A DNA stretch of 37,138 nt, taken from positions 1 through 37,138 of IMG/VR virus record IMGVR_UViG_3300048762_000194; one strand, 5' to 3'. The DNA comes from a virus. Taxonomy: Duplodnaviria; Caudoviricetes. A program made the translations under genes and the position numbers. Position 1 is the stretch's first letter, and the number at the start of each line of letters is the position of its first letter. Shown in pieces: positions 1-8,537 of the stretch. The notes beneath the pieces are model-generated. The model searched no databases. It had not been told where the DNA came from and saw only the letters and a list, made by a program, of their open reading frames with translations.

Positions 1-36
1 CGTGTCGAGCGTGAAATCTTGCAACGCCCCGAACGG
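1..36. repeat. Terminal direct repeat / circular overlap (identical to 37103-37138)
   Basis: cgtgtcgagcgtgaaatcttgcaacgccccgaacgg occurs at both ends. Joining the ends makes one continuous minus-strand ORF. The 36-mer also lies inside an internal repeat (33751-33786). Confidence 0.9.
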
Positions 37-132
37 GACATCGTAGACACTCGAACCCGGCGCCTTCCCCCACATCACCCCCAGCGCAAGCACTACGTCA
101 CTCGCCTGGCTATTGATGAGATTCGGATCCAT
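1..132 (-). CDS. 5' part of the long tail-tube paralog (continues across the junction to 34910; 774 aa in total)
   Basis: ATG at 132 preceded by GGAGA. Translates MDPNLINSQASDVVLALGVMWGKAPGSSVYDVPFGALQDFTLDT, collinear with the N-terminus of 33061..33882 and in frame with ORF 34910..37126. Confidence 0.85.
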   Translation of the reverse strand, partial: MDPNLINSQASDVVLALGVMWGKAPGSSVYDVPFGALQDFTLDT

Positions 133-148
133 GCATCTCCTACAGCTC

Positions 149-499
149 CTACTGGAATACCCAGGCCTCGACTAACGCAAAATCGTCATACTCCCACACA
201 AATTGTACGGTGTAGGTTTCATCCGCCCAGACCACCTGGTCTTGCGGCCGAAACTTCGTGGCGCCGCCCAAAAAGCTGATCGGCCGTAGGAATTCGAACT
301 GCCGGATCTTCCGGGTGCTGATGCCCGGGTCCGACTCGTCGCGGCTCTCATTCACGCCCCGGCAGATGATCACGTCCGCCACGCCTGAAAACACCGAGAG
401 CGGCGTCCCTGGCCCAAATCCGCCCCCCGGATCCTGCACGTCGCTTGCTGCCACCCGGGACACACTCACCGACTGCGGTTCCCACAGCGTCATGCTCAT
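149..499 (-). CDS. Head closure / head-tail joining protein (SPP1 gp16-like)
   Basis: About 116 aa and beta-rich (FRPQDQVVWADETYTVQFV). ATGA overlap with the upstream adaptor gene; canonical position. Confidence 0.6.
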   Translation of the reverse strand: MSMTLWEPQSVSVSRVAASDVQDPGGGFGPGTPLSVFSGVADVIICRGVNESRDESDPGISTRKIRQFEFLRPISFLGGATKFRPQDQVVWADETYTVQFVWEYDDFALVEAWVFQ

Positions 500-1191
500 A
501 TACCGAACCGCTGGCGCCTGTAGCTCTGGATTCCCTCGAGCCACGTCTCACGCCACAATCCGCACTCATACGCCCAGGCGCCAGCGTCCTTGCCCGCCGC
601 GTACCGTTCTGAGACTTCGCCCTGGGTCCGCTGCGCGGCGCCCTGGCTGCGCTTGCTCGCCGCTGGAGACATGATCTTCCACGCCGCCCCGGCCAGGATG
701 GATTGAAACACGTCCTCCGGGATCGTGGTCGAAAACCCCCACTTGCCGGTTACCACAACAGACTGAGGCGAACCGATTACAGGCGTCCAGAATTCAATAA
801 ATTCATACGGCCAGCCTCGAGCCGGGTTGTTAACCGGCGAAAGCCAGTACATTCCGACGCCCGAGGGGTCGCCTGGCGACCCCAGGATATACGTCGTGTT
901 CATAACCACGAGGCTCGTCAGCGTGACCAGCCCCGTGTCCAGTTCGAGCAGTTTGCCGCCGCCGCGCATGGCGAGGAACTGCGGGTGCACCGGTCGGGCG
1001 CCCGGTGGATCGAAGTAGCGCACCTGGTCGGTGCCAGGCGAGAGGAACGGCAGCCACTTCGTTTTCCGCTCCCACTGCTGCGCAGCCCAACCGACCGCAC
1101 CGCCCAGCGTTGCCGAGCTGGGCGCCGTGATACCGGCGTCGGCCAGCAGGCCAGACAGGTCAGTCGTGGTTGGGTAGGCAGTGTGTGTCAT
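496..1191 (-). CDS. Head-tail adaptor (gp6/gp15-like, with insertion)
   Basis: N-terminal AYPTTTDL, later VVVTGKWGFSTTIPEDVFQSIL and a C-terminal SYRR are typical of adaptors; lies downstream of the capsid genes. Confidence 0.75.
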   Translation of the reverse strand: MTHTAYPTTTDLSGLLADAGITAPSSATLGGAVGWAAQQWERKTKWLPFLSPGTDQVRYFDPPGARPVHPQFLAMRGGGKLLELDTGLVTLTSLVVMNTTYILGSPGDPSGVGMYWLSPVNNPARGWPYEFIEFWTPVIGSPQSVVVTGKWGFSTTIPEDVFQSILAGAAWKIMSPAASKRSQGAAQRTQGEVSERYAAGKDAGAWAYECGLWRETWLEGIQSYRRQRFGI

Positions 1192-1623
1192 TTAGATCGC
1201 GAAGGCCACTGTCCCGGCCTGCGTGACGGGCTTGACCCCGGCGTTGAACATCTCGAGATGCGCTTCCACCTGGCCGGCCGCCGATCCCCCGACACCGGTG
1301 TGGACGATCCGGAGATACCGCAGGCGGTACTCCAGGTTGATGTCCGCCACCTGGACCACGACGCCGCCACCGGCCTCGACAGTCGTCACCTGCGCGAAAT
1401 CGGCGGAAGCGATGTCTATCCAGTTGGTGGACCCGTCCGCCGACTCTTCGACTTCGCAGTCACTCGTTGTCAGAGAGCCGGTCGGAGCCGTCTGGAACAC
1501 CGCCATCGCCCGGGTGTAACCCAGGCAATCCACGGCAACCCCTGTGTTAGAGGCCGCCGTGATTGCCGCCAGCACCTGCGGGATCACCGCTACATGCTGG
1601 CTTGGGCTGTGAATGCTTGACAT
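1192..1623 (-). CDS. Putative capsid decoration/cement protein
   Basis: 143 aa, beta-rich, with NTGVAVDCLGY...EESADGSTNW...RYLR; lies between capsid and adaptor. Confidence 0.55.
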   Translation of the reverse strand: MSSIHSPSQHVAVIPQVLAAITAASNTGVAVDCLGYTRAMAVFQTAPTGSLTTSDCEVEESADGSTNWIDIASADFAQVTTVEAGGGVVVQVADINLEYRLRYLRIVHTGVGGSAAGQVEAHLEMFNAGVKPVTQAGTVAFAI

Positions 1624-1645
1624 AATCGGTTTCCCTCTTTCAGAT

Positions 1646-1677
1646 GCGGGCCGGCGACGTCCCTGTCACCGGCCCGC
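1646..1677 (-). promoter_or_regulatory. Intergenic hairpin with AGGGAC hexaloop
   Basis: Minus strand gcgggccggtgac-AGGGAC-gtcgccggcccgc; 13-bp stem with one G-U pair; no U-tract. Confidence 0.5.
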
Positions 1678-1717
1678 GCTTATTTCAACTTCCGTCCCTG
1701 GCCTGCCCGGCTGCCGT

Positions 1718-2095
1718 TTAAGTCGTCACGCCAGCCGCATGGGCGACAGCATCCAGGGCGTTGACCTTGGCCGCCAGACTCGCAATAGCATTGCGCATCG
1801 CGGTGAAAAGAGCGGTGATAGCCGTCGCCTGCGCTGCGGTCGGGAACGCTGTTGCCCCATCCCAGCTCCCCAGGTCCGGAATCGTCTCCGCAGCGATGGC
1901 CCCCGTCGCTGACCCGCCAGAGCCGTCCGTCAACTGTCCGACCCGCGCCTGCTGCACAACTGCGGGCGTGTAGGGAGATCCGTTGACGTGCAGCGTCCCG
2001 GTCGCAAAGTCGAACACCACCCCGGGCGGCACGTATGCGCTGCCGTCCCCGTGGAGTTGCGTCCGACTTTGCGGAAAAGTCAAATCGTTTGGCAT
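1718..2095 (-). CDS. Putative head fibre / minor structural protein
   Basis: 125 aa, Ala/Gly-rich, with a C-terminal coiled coil (NAIASLAAKVNALDA); immediately after the capsid gene. Confidence 0.5.
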   Translation of the reverse strand: MPNDLTFPQSRTQLHGDGSAYVPPGVVFDFATGTLHVNGSPYTPAVVQQARVGQLTDGSGGSATGAIAAETIPDLGSWDGATAFPTAAQATAITALFTAMRNAIASLAAKVNALDAVAHAAGVTT

Positions 2096-2176
2096 GTCCC
2101 TCTCTCCTCAGCGGCCATGGCTGGCGCCGTTCTTTCAGCGGCACCAGCCACAAGTCACTAACCACAAGCCACCGCG

Positions 2177-3523
2177 TTAGGCCAAGACCACCTGAGCCCT
2201 GAGTCTCCAGGGTTCCACCACCTGGCCGCCGGTCCTTAGCCGTCCGAGCAGCAACACCTGGTTGGTCTCCGCATACAGCTCGTTGAGCACCCGGATGGAC
2301 AGAGCCGAGCGGTTGACCTGGTAGTAGCCGCGCATGTCCCCGAAAACGATCGGGGTGGCAGAGGCCGAAACGTTCGGCATGAACACGTTCCATGTCACCG
2401 GATATCCGGCAAGCAGACGCCCGCGCTGCGGAGACTCGAGACCCGCATCCTGCAGTCCCATCCCCCAGAGAGGCCGGCCGCCGCCATCCTTGAGCAGTCC
2501 GCACGCCTGGCCAGCCGAAATCTTGTTCATGAAATAACGGCAGTTGTCTTCGTACTGAGGAGGCGTTCCCCAGTAGAGCTTCAGGATGCCGTCGCTCGTC
2601 AGGAGATTGGCGTTCCCGGATGCGATCGTGTTGATCTGGTCGGCGCCAGACCCGATCTGCGCCATGATCCCGGTCGGCTGGCCCACGCCGGTCCCGTTCA
2701 TGATCAGATCGTCAAATCCCAGGTCAACGCCCTCGCGGAACTGATCGGACGCCCACCCGGAGATGTCGAATCCGGCATCCTCGATCTGGTTTTCCGTGAG
2801 CGGCAGACTCATCATCGCGGTGTAGACCGGGATGCGCGCCTGGCCAAAACCGTTGCTGCCGTCGACCGGGAAATTCACCCGGGCCGTGGTCGACGTGGCG
2901 GGGACCTCTCCGGTCCACTTGAACCGGATCCCCGTGGTCCAGACGTCGTCTCCGGTCCACCGCACGGTCGGCATCACAACAGCGTCCCGCGCTGTCGTAA
3001 GCTTGCGAGTGAAATCGGCCGTCGCGGTCGGGGCGGCTTTCTTTTGGACGATGCTCGCCTGCCAGTCTTCGGGCGACCAGAACCCGCCGTATCCATCGGC
3101 CCCTTCCATGATGCTCTTCACCGCCGTCCGGCCCATGTCGGAGAGGCTGCCCTTGCACCGGATCAGGCGCATAAAGCAGCTCTTGTAACCGGTCGACGCA
3201 ATCAGGCTCTTCTGGGCGTCGTTGAGGATGCCTTCGCCGGCCTCCTGCGTAATCCGTCCCCCGTCCACGTCTGTGAACCCGGCCGGGCCCTCAGCGAAGC
3301 CCATCAGTCCTGCGTGCGGCAGTCCGCCCGCTGGCGCCGTGAGCCACGAGTCGACGGCGCCGCTGCGCGCAGCCATGTCCACCCGGCCCTTAATGGCCGC
3401 CACCTCAGTGAGCAGGGTCTCGGCCCTCGCCATGTCCCCGTTGGGATCGGCGATCAGCGCCTTGACCTCGTTGTTCAACGCCTGCATCCGTGCAGCGTGA
3501 GCCTTGATTTCCTCGGGTGTCAT
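2177..3523 (-). CDS. Major capsid protein, HK97 fold
   Basis: N-terminal coiled delta domain, then GGFWSPED, NGTGVGQPTGI, LKDGGGRPLW, LAGYPV, IVFGD, RTGG. Confidence 0.95.
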   Translation of the reverse strand: MTPEEIKAHAARMQALNNEVKALIADPNGDMARAETLLTEVAAIKGRVDMAARSGAVDSWLTAPAGGLPHAGLMGFAEGPAGFTDVDGGRITQEAGEGILNDAQKSLIASTGYKSCFMRLIRCKGSLSDMGRTAVKSIMEGADGYGGFWSPEDWQASIVQKKAAPTATADFTRKLTTARDAVVMPTVRWTGDDVWTTGIRFKWTGEVPATSTTARVNFPVDGSNGFGQARIPVYTAMMSLPLTENQIEDAGFDISGWASDQFREGVDLGFDDLIMNGTGVGQPTGIMAQIGSGADQINTIASGNANLLTSDGILKLYWGTPPQYEDNCRYFMNKISAGQACGLLKDGGGRPLWGMGLQDAGLESPQRGRLLAGYPVTWNVFMPNVSASATPIVFGDMRGYYQVNRSALSIRVLNELYAETNQVLLLGRLRTGGQVVEPWRLRAQVVLA

Positions 3524-4575
3524 CCTTGATCTCCAATCTCCAGGGCGTTGATCGCCGTCTGGTTTGCCAAAACCTGCCGGCGCATCCTCAGCGCCTTCGC
3601 CCCGTCCTCATCCCCTGACTCGTCGCTCGTGTCGGCCGTCGCCGCCAGCAAATCCTTCAGGCTGGCCATGTGCGTGCTCACGCCCTCATGGATCGTTCTC
3701 AGCCTGTCGTGATTACTCTGGCTGAGCACCCGTCCCGCCTTCAAGGCGTCGGGTGTACCGGGCTTCCCACCCAGCAGGCCGCGCACCCGGGCCGCCAGGC
3801 TCTTCGCTTCGTCTCCGTCCGGCTCCGGATGCGCCAGGATCATCGCTCCCAGCACCCGCAGCGCCACCTCGCTAAACGCTCCCAGCAGCGACTCGAGCAT
3901 CGAAACCTTCTCGGCAGGCGTCTGCTCCTCTTCGACGCAGCATCCCAGCAGCAGATCCGACACCCGGCCTGACAGTGCATACCACACCTGTTCCAGAGCG
4001 TTGCATGCCGTCTGCGGCTCTAGCCAGGGGCCCAACAAGTTTTCGCTCTTTGCCTGAGCGGCCAGAGCCTTCACGGCATCCCACCGATTCGAGATCGACT
4101 TGATCGGCACGGCGGACGTGCGTGGGTCCACCGGGTCGGGCGTAAGCGAAGCGTCTATTCCCAGCGGCCACCGCCGGATCCACGTGGAGCCCTTGACGCT
4201 CTCCCTCTCGACCAGGTGCGCAGCCGTTCCGGAGCTCCAACTAAGCTTGCCGGACTTGACCATGCCGTAGATCGCACGCTCGTACTCGTCACGCAGTTCG
4301 AGCTGGGCGTCAATCCACACCCCCACCTCATCGATAGAGAGTGTGCCGCGCCCCAGCACCCGGCCCTTCATGGCGTCGTCCAGCGCGTGCTCGTAGTAGA
4401 CCGCGCTCTTCAGTTCGATCCCCTCCGCCGGGAAGTCAAAATCTGTCTGCCCGGTGAAATACTCGCGGAACAGATCGGTCTCGGTCGGGCTTCCAAAGAG
4501 CACCAGGTGTCCGCCCACTTTGCCGTTCCCCAGGTCCTTCACCGCGCTGCCCTGGTAGACCAGTCGATTACTCAT
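3520..4575 (-). CDS. Prohead protease with C-terminal scaffold-like extension
   Basis: GHLVLFG, TDLFREYF, YYEH, IDEVGVW, LSWSSG, DASLTPDPVDP; C-terminal KAGRVLS..N motif; between portal and capsid. Confidence 0.85.
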   Translation of the reverse strand: MSNRLVYQGSAVKDLGNGKVGGHLVLFGSPTETDLFREYFTGQTDFDFPAEGIELKSAVYYEHALDDAMKGRVLGRGTLSIDEVGVWIDAQLELRDEYERAIYGMVKSGKLSWSSGTAAHLVERESVKGSTWIRRWPLGIDASLTPDPVDPRTSAVPIKSISNRWDAVKALAAQAKSENLLGPWLEPQTACNALEQVWYALSGRVSDLLLGCCVEEEQTPAEKVSMLESLLGAFSEVALRVLGAMILAHPEPDGDEAKSLAARVRGLLGGKPGTPDALKAGRVLSQSNHDRLRTIHEGVSTHMASLKDLLAATADTSDESGDEDGAKALRMRRQVLANQTAINALEIGDQG

Positions 4576-5972
4576 CTCCGTCTCCCGTCCTTATTCGCCG
4601 TCGAATAATTCCGCAGCAGCCCGATCTCCCGCTCCAGCCTGGTCATGCCCTTCGCCGCCAGATCCGGGAGCGGGAGATCGGGCGTCGCGGGCTTCGCCAG
4701 GTCTGTAAAATACACGTCGTCAGTGGTCTCGTCATACGTCAGTTTTGCGATGTGCTTGGCTTCCCACCGCTTCGCCACGCCCGCCTGAAACAGCTCTGCC
4801 GCCAGGGCGCCCAGGGCTGTCCGGTCATCCTGGAGCGCAGGGGTCTCGGAGTTGTCAAAACACGCCCGTTCCTGCTGCGGATTGCCGCCCATTTCCGGCA
4901 GCAGCTTGCGCTGGATGGGTCCGCACGCGATTTTCTGCGACCGCAGCACGTTGGACATGTATGTCGCCTGCAGGGCGTGGTCGTAGTTGCTATAAGTCGA
5001 ATTGTCCAGACCGATCTCCATCCCCAACACGATCGGGCTGATCTGGAATGCGGCACAGATCCGAGCTTCCGGGATCCGGCTCACCTTATCCATGATCATC
5101 TTCTCAGGGCTGAGACCCACCGCCGTGATCTTCATCGGGATTTCGCTAACGAAGGGTTCGCCTCGCCGGTCCCCGGTGTATTTCGCCTGCCAGATTTTGG
5201 CAATGTCGCTCGGCGCCATCCCGTCCGGCAGCTCGGCTCCCTCGCCATCCGGCGAGATAGCGCAGCCAGGCACGCCCATATTGCGCATGAGCGCCGCGCT
5301 GAATGTCGCGCGCTCGTTGTCAGTGCACACCTCGCGCAGCACTGCCGATAGCCTGGAGAGTCCCTTGCGGTGATTTCGCGGGTCGATCCCGTCCCGGAAG
5401 TGCAGGATGTCTGAGCGCGGGATGTGGATGTCTTTGCCGCCGATCCGGTAGCAATACTGAGCGATGTAGACCGAGCCATCCGCCGGCCACTGCGGTTCGA
5501 CCATCCAGTGAGGGAGCCATTGCAGCGCTGCCACCTGCCCCAGCCGGTTTCTGTCGAGATACCAGTAACAGTTGCCGTCCAGGCTCATGCTCAGCTTGGT
5601 AGCCGTCCAGAGCAGCGTCTCATCCCAGTCCATCCCGCCAGGCGTCAGCGGCGTCACTGGGTTCGGGTTGCGGATCAGATTCGTGAGCGGGTGGTTTTCG
5701 ATCTCCTGCCAGCCGTCCGCAACGCGCTCTTCTACGTGGAACGGAGCCTCAACAAAAGCGTCGGACTCCCACTTGAGGCACGCCAGGATGATCGAGTTTT
5801 CCCAGAGGTTACCGGCCTCGCGCCGGTAGTCGTACTGCGAGCCAGGCAGCAGGGCATTGAGCCAGCCCCAGGGGCCGCCGTAGCCCGCCCCACCGCTGCC
5901 CGCGAACCCCAGGCTTTTCAGTCCGGCCGCTATGTGTCGGGTGAGTCTCACAGCTTCTGCGCCTTCAACCAT
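4572..5972 (-). CDS. Portal protein (HK97 family)
   Basis: HPLTNLIRNPNP, LDGNCY, DILHFR, GLSRL, ICAAFQISPIVLG, TYSN; 466 aa after terminase. Confidence 0.95.
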   Translation of the reverse strand: MVEGAEAVRLTRHIAAGLKSLGFAGSGGAGYGGPWGWLNALLPGSQYDYRREAGNLWENSIILACLKWESDAFVEAPFHVEERVADGWQEIENHPLTNLIRNPNPVTPLTPGGMDWDETLLWTATKLSMSLDGNCYWYLDRNRLGQVAALQWLPHWMVEPQWPADGSVYIAQYCYRIGGKDIHIPRSDILHFRDGIDPRNHRKGLSRLSAVLREVCTDNERATFSAALMRNMGVPGCAISPDGEGAELPDGMAPSDIAKIWQAKYTGDRRGEPFVSEIPMKITAVGLSPEKMIMDKVSRIPEARICAAFQISPIVLGMEIGLDNSTYSNYDHALQATYMSNVLRSQKIACGPIQRKLLPEMGGNPQQERACFDNSETPALQDDRTALGALAAELFQAGVAKRWEAKHIAKLTYDETTDDVYFTDLAKPATPDLPLPDLAAKGMTRLEREIGLLRNYSTANKDGRRR

Positions 5973-6118
5973 CCCACCAGAGCGCCCCAGATGACGACGA
6001 GCAAGATGCCCGCCAGGCCGATCACGATCAACCCGGCGGCCACGGCAGACATGCCGAGGAAAATCTGTAGAGCGAGTGTCATAGCCAACAGCCTGGCGGC
6101 CACCGACAGATCCCGCAT
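5948..6118 (-). CDS. Small membrane protein between terL and portal
   Basis: 56 aa, almost entirely hydrophobic; a common position for such ORFs. Confidence 0.55.
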   Translation of the reverse strand: MRDLSVAARLLAMTLALQIFLGMSAVAAGLIVIGLAGILLVVIWGALVGWLKAQKL

Positions 6119-6122
6119 CGTA

Positions 6123-6134
6123 TCGGGCGTACCG
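6123..6134 (-). promoter_or_regulatory. Late-region box CGGTACGCCCGA (copy 1)
   Basis: Exact copies also at 7991-8002 and 25085-25096; each is intergenic and 4 nt before an ATG. Confidence 0.55.
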
Positions 6135-6135
6135 T

Positions 6136-7650
6136 CTACCCCACCCGCCACACCCGCTTTTTCGCTGTTGCGAAGAGGATGTTCAGCCCGTCCATATCAT
6201 CCGGCGACCGGCCGATCCGCTTCTTCGTCTGGTCCTTGGGTTCCACCACTCGCCGGCCGTCACTGTCGAGCGAGTAGCGTGGCGCCATGGCCTGCTTCCG
6301 GAGCAGCGCCAGCGATTTCGGCGATAGCAGGCTCAGATCCAGATCGCCACGTGCTGCCCGCCCAGCTACGGTAAACCACATCTCAGATCGGCGGTTCGGG
6401 TAGCTCTCCGCATCAATCGCCTTCTCTGACGCCGAGACCCCGAGAAAGTTGAAGTCTCCGGACTGGTCCACCACGCCGCCGCCCACGCCGTCATCGTCGC
6501 ATTTGATCGGCACCTTCTTGGGATCCTCGCCCGACAAGCAAAGCTCCATCGCTACCTGCTTCAGCCTGCCGGCCGTGCGCTGCGTGCTCCAGCCGTTGTG
6601 GGTCTCGTGATGTAGGGCCCGCATTCCCCGCCGGGCCAGGATCGAGGTGTAGTCATCCCCAAACCGCGCCACGTCGCAGCCGATCTCGAGGGGTTGCCCG
6701 AGTATGACCGGTTTGGGCGTGATGGCCGCCAGCCAGATCGGCTCCGTCCATACCGACACGGATCCCTGTGTCGGCCATCGCCCGAGCACGCGACTCTCGA
6801 ACAAAGGCCCCGGCCGATGCCAGATCCCAGATCCTGGTGGGAACTCCAGATCCCCGGGTTCGGAATCACCGGCCGGTACCGGCGTGCACCATTCGGCAAT
6901 CCGCTCCTCCAGCCACGCCAGTCGCACGGCCGCTGGGAAAGGCGCCGGCAGCCCAGCCAGCTCCGCAGCGATGTTGGGATGATCGACGGCTCGCACGGTG
7001 ATGACGTGCCAGTTGCCGGACAGTTCTTCCTCGTACGCCCTGCTCGAGGTGTCGGTGGGATTGAGGATGACCAGCCAGTAACACTCGGCGCCGGTCATCA
7101 TGCCGTTGGCTGCGTCCCAGAACGGGCCGTCAATTCCCGTCCCCTCATCAAAAACGATAAGGACGGAACACTCATGGCGCCCCTGGAACGCGCTGTCATC
7201 GCGGGCGGTGTAGCCCACGGCGAAGTGGTTCGGCGCCGTCTCCATCCGCGGCGCCTTGGGCTGGAGACCTGGCCGGCCGGCTCGCTGCGTCCGCACCTCT
7301 TTCCAGAGAATATCCTCGACCTGCGCGAGCGTCGGCGCCGTGGTGAGAGTGATCGAGGGGACGTGGGTGTCGAAAAACCAGTTGGTTAGCCCCGCGGCGA
7401 CGTGGCTCTTGCCCACTGAGTGGCTGGCTTTGACGAGCACCTTGTGATGCTCCTGGAGCGCCTCGGCAATCTCCTGCTGTTTCTCCCACCACTCAACGTG
7501 CAGCACCTCCCGGGCGTAGCCGCACGGGTCAGACCGATAATGGTCGAAATGGTTTTCAGCCGCCCGGAGAGCCAGACCCCGGCGTCTGATCTCCGCCAGC
7601 TTCGGGACCAACAATCGCAAGGAGCGCCGCTGCTGCGCTGAGAAGCTCAT
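6136..7650 (-). CDS. terL: Terminase large subunit
   Basis: Walker A ASHSVGKS, Walker B IVFDEG, ILNP, nuclease motifs GCDVARFGDD and SPDDMD. Confidence 0.95.
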   Translation of the reverse strand: MSFSAQQRRSLRLLVPKLAEIRRRGLALRAAENHFDHYRSDPCGYAREVLHVEWWEKQQEIAEALQEHHKVLVKASHSVGKSHVAAGLTNWFFDTHVPSITLTTAPTLAQVEDILWKEVRTQRAGRPGLQPKAPRMETAPNHFAVGYTARDDSAFQGRHECSVLIVFDEGTGIDGPFWDAANGMMTGAECYWLVILNPTDTSSRAYEEELSGNWHVITVRAVDHPNIAAELAGLPAPFPAAVRLAWLEERIAEWCTPVPAGDSEPGDLEFPPGSGIWHRPGPLFESRVLGRWPTQGSVSVWTEPIWLAAITPKPVILGQPLEIGCDVARFGDDYTSILARRGMRALHHETHNGWSTQRTAGRLKQVAMELCLSGEDPKKVPIKCDDDGVGGGVVDQSGDFNFLGVSASEKAIDAESYPNRRSEMWFTVAGRAARGDLDLSLLSPKSLALLRKQAMAPRYSLDSDGRRVVEPKDQTKKRIGRSPDDMDGLNILFATAKKRVWRVG

Positions 7651-7921
7651 CGTCGCTCATCCGATCCAGCTCGTGCTGGATCCGTTCAGTGGGCTTGCCG
7701 AGGATCCGGTCGATGAGATACTGGCCCGCTCGCATGTCCGGCGGCTGCGTGTAGATTCCCTCATCGCCTTCCACGGTCACGCCCAGAGCCAGGCCGATCT
7801 GAGCGCCCACGATCTCGGGAAGCCGGTCTGCGATCTGCTTCTCGGCCCGAGCAATCGGACGGGCGAACTTTTCTGCCTTCGCAGGGCGCCCTGCCCCCGG
7901 TCTGCTTCCCCCACGCGGCAT
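7556..7921 (-). CDS. terS: Terminase small subunit (putative)
   Basis: MPRGGSRPGAGRP N-terminus, YLIDRILGKP, MSDDEL; directly upstream of and overlapping terL. Confidence 0.75.
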   Translation of the reverse strand: MPRGGSRPGAGRPAKAEKFARPIARAEKQIADRLPEIVGAQIGLALGVTVEGDEGIYTQPPDMRAGQYLIDRILGKPTERIQHELDRMSDDELLSAAAALLAIVGPEAGGDQTPGSGSPGG

Positions 7922-7990
7922 ACAAACCCCTCGAGAAATCAAACAATCAATGGGAACAGCGTAGGGGCAGGGGAGAAGATCCGCATCCAT

Positions 7991-8002
7991 TCGGGCGTAC
8001 CG
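7991..8002 (-). promoter_or_regulatory. Late-region box CGGTACGCCCGA (copy 2)
   Basis: Exact 12-mer upstream of terS, followed by ATGs at 7990 (in frame with terS) and 7986. Confidence 0.55.
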
Positions 8003-8013
8003 CAGACGTGAAA

Positions 8014-8054
8014 CGGCCCGGCGAATAGTAGCTTTGATACTATTCGCCGGGCCG
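8014..8054. terminator. Perfect 17-bp inverted repeat (terminator- or operator-like)
   Basis: cggcccggcgaatagta-N7-tactattcgccgggccg; followed only by TTTC on the minus strand. Confidence 0.6.
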
Positions 8055-8065
8055 GAATGGGTCAA
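8037..8065 (-). promoter_or_regulatory. Putative sigma70-type promoter for terS
   Basis: Minus strand TTGACC-17 nt-TAGTAT, overlapping the inverted repeat. Confidence 0.45.
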
Positions 8066-8268
8066 TCGAGCTTGTTGTATTCCGCCATGGTCTGGTGCGA
8101 GAGATAGAGACGGATGGCCTCTCGCACCTGCTGGCTCATCATGCCTGGCCCGAGCGCTCGGAGTTGCTCAGCGTACTCCGGAGGCACCAGCACGCGGATC
8201 CCCACCATGTTGCGATCGCCCAGGGGCTTCCGTCCCGCCCGCTCTCGCAGGCCGCCTGGTCCGCTCAC
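8062..8268 (-). CDS. Small ribbon-helix-helix (CopG-like) DNA-binding protein
   Basis: GGLRERAGRKP, then strand VGIRVLV and two helices (EYAEQLRAL; MSQQVREAIRLYL). The GTG start overlaps the upstream TGA. Confidence 0.7.
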   Translation of the reverse strand: MSGPGGLRERAGRKPLGDRNMVGIRVLVPPEYAEQLRALGPGMMSQQVREAIRLYLSHQTMAEYNKLD

Positions 8269-8537
8269 TGTGCTGCCGCCGAGCGCATCTGACTGTCGGT
8301 GCATCCAAGCGAGAGCAAGACGTCTCTGAGCGGGGTCTCGGCATGCACGGATCTCGCGGACTTCCATGCATCCTTTGACGGCGTCACCCCACACTCCTCC
8401 ATCCATACCAGCACCTGGCCGCTGCTCTGGGGCGGCAGGTCAAGCGGGTTCGGGGTCGAAATACAGTTATCCACGACGTGTCGGCGGTCGCCCTCGGCAT
8501 AAGCCGCAAGCTCCTCCGGGGTCCGCACATGAGCCAC
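8265..8537 (-). CDS. Hypothetical protein
   Basis: 90-aa ORF whose stop is coupled to the RHH gene; start uncertain, overlaps the upstream ORF. Confidence 0.4.
   Translation of the reverse strand: MAHVRTPEELAAYAEGDRRHVVDNCISTPNPLDLPPQSSGQVLVWMEECGVTPSKDAWKSARSVHAETPLRDVLLSLGCTDSQMRSAAAQ

Noticed and set aside
6123-6134. Late box as a SigB- or sigma28-type promoter
   Set aside because: No correctly spaced GTTT or TAAA -35 element is shared by the copies; kept only as an unassigned motif.
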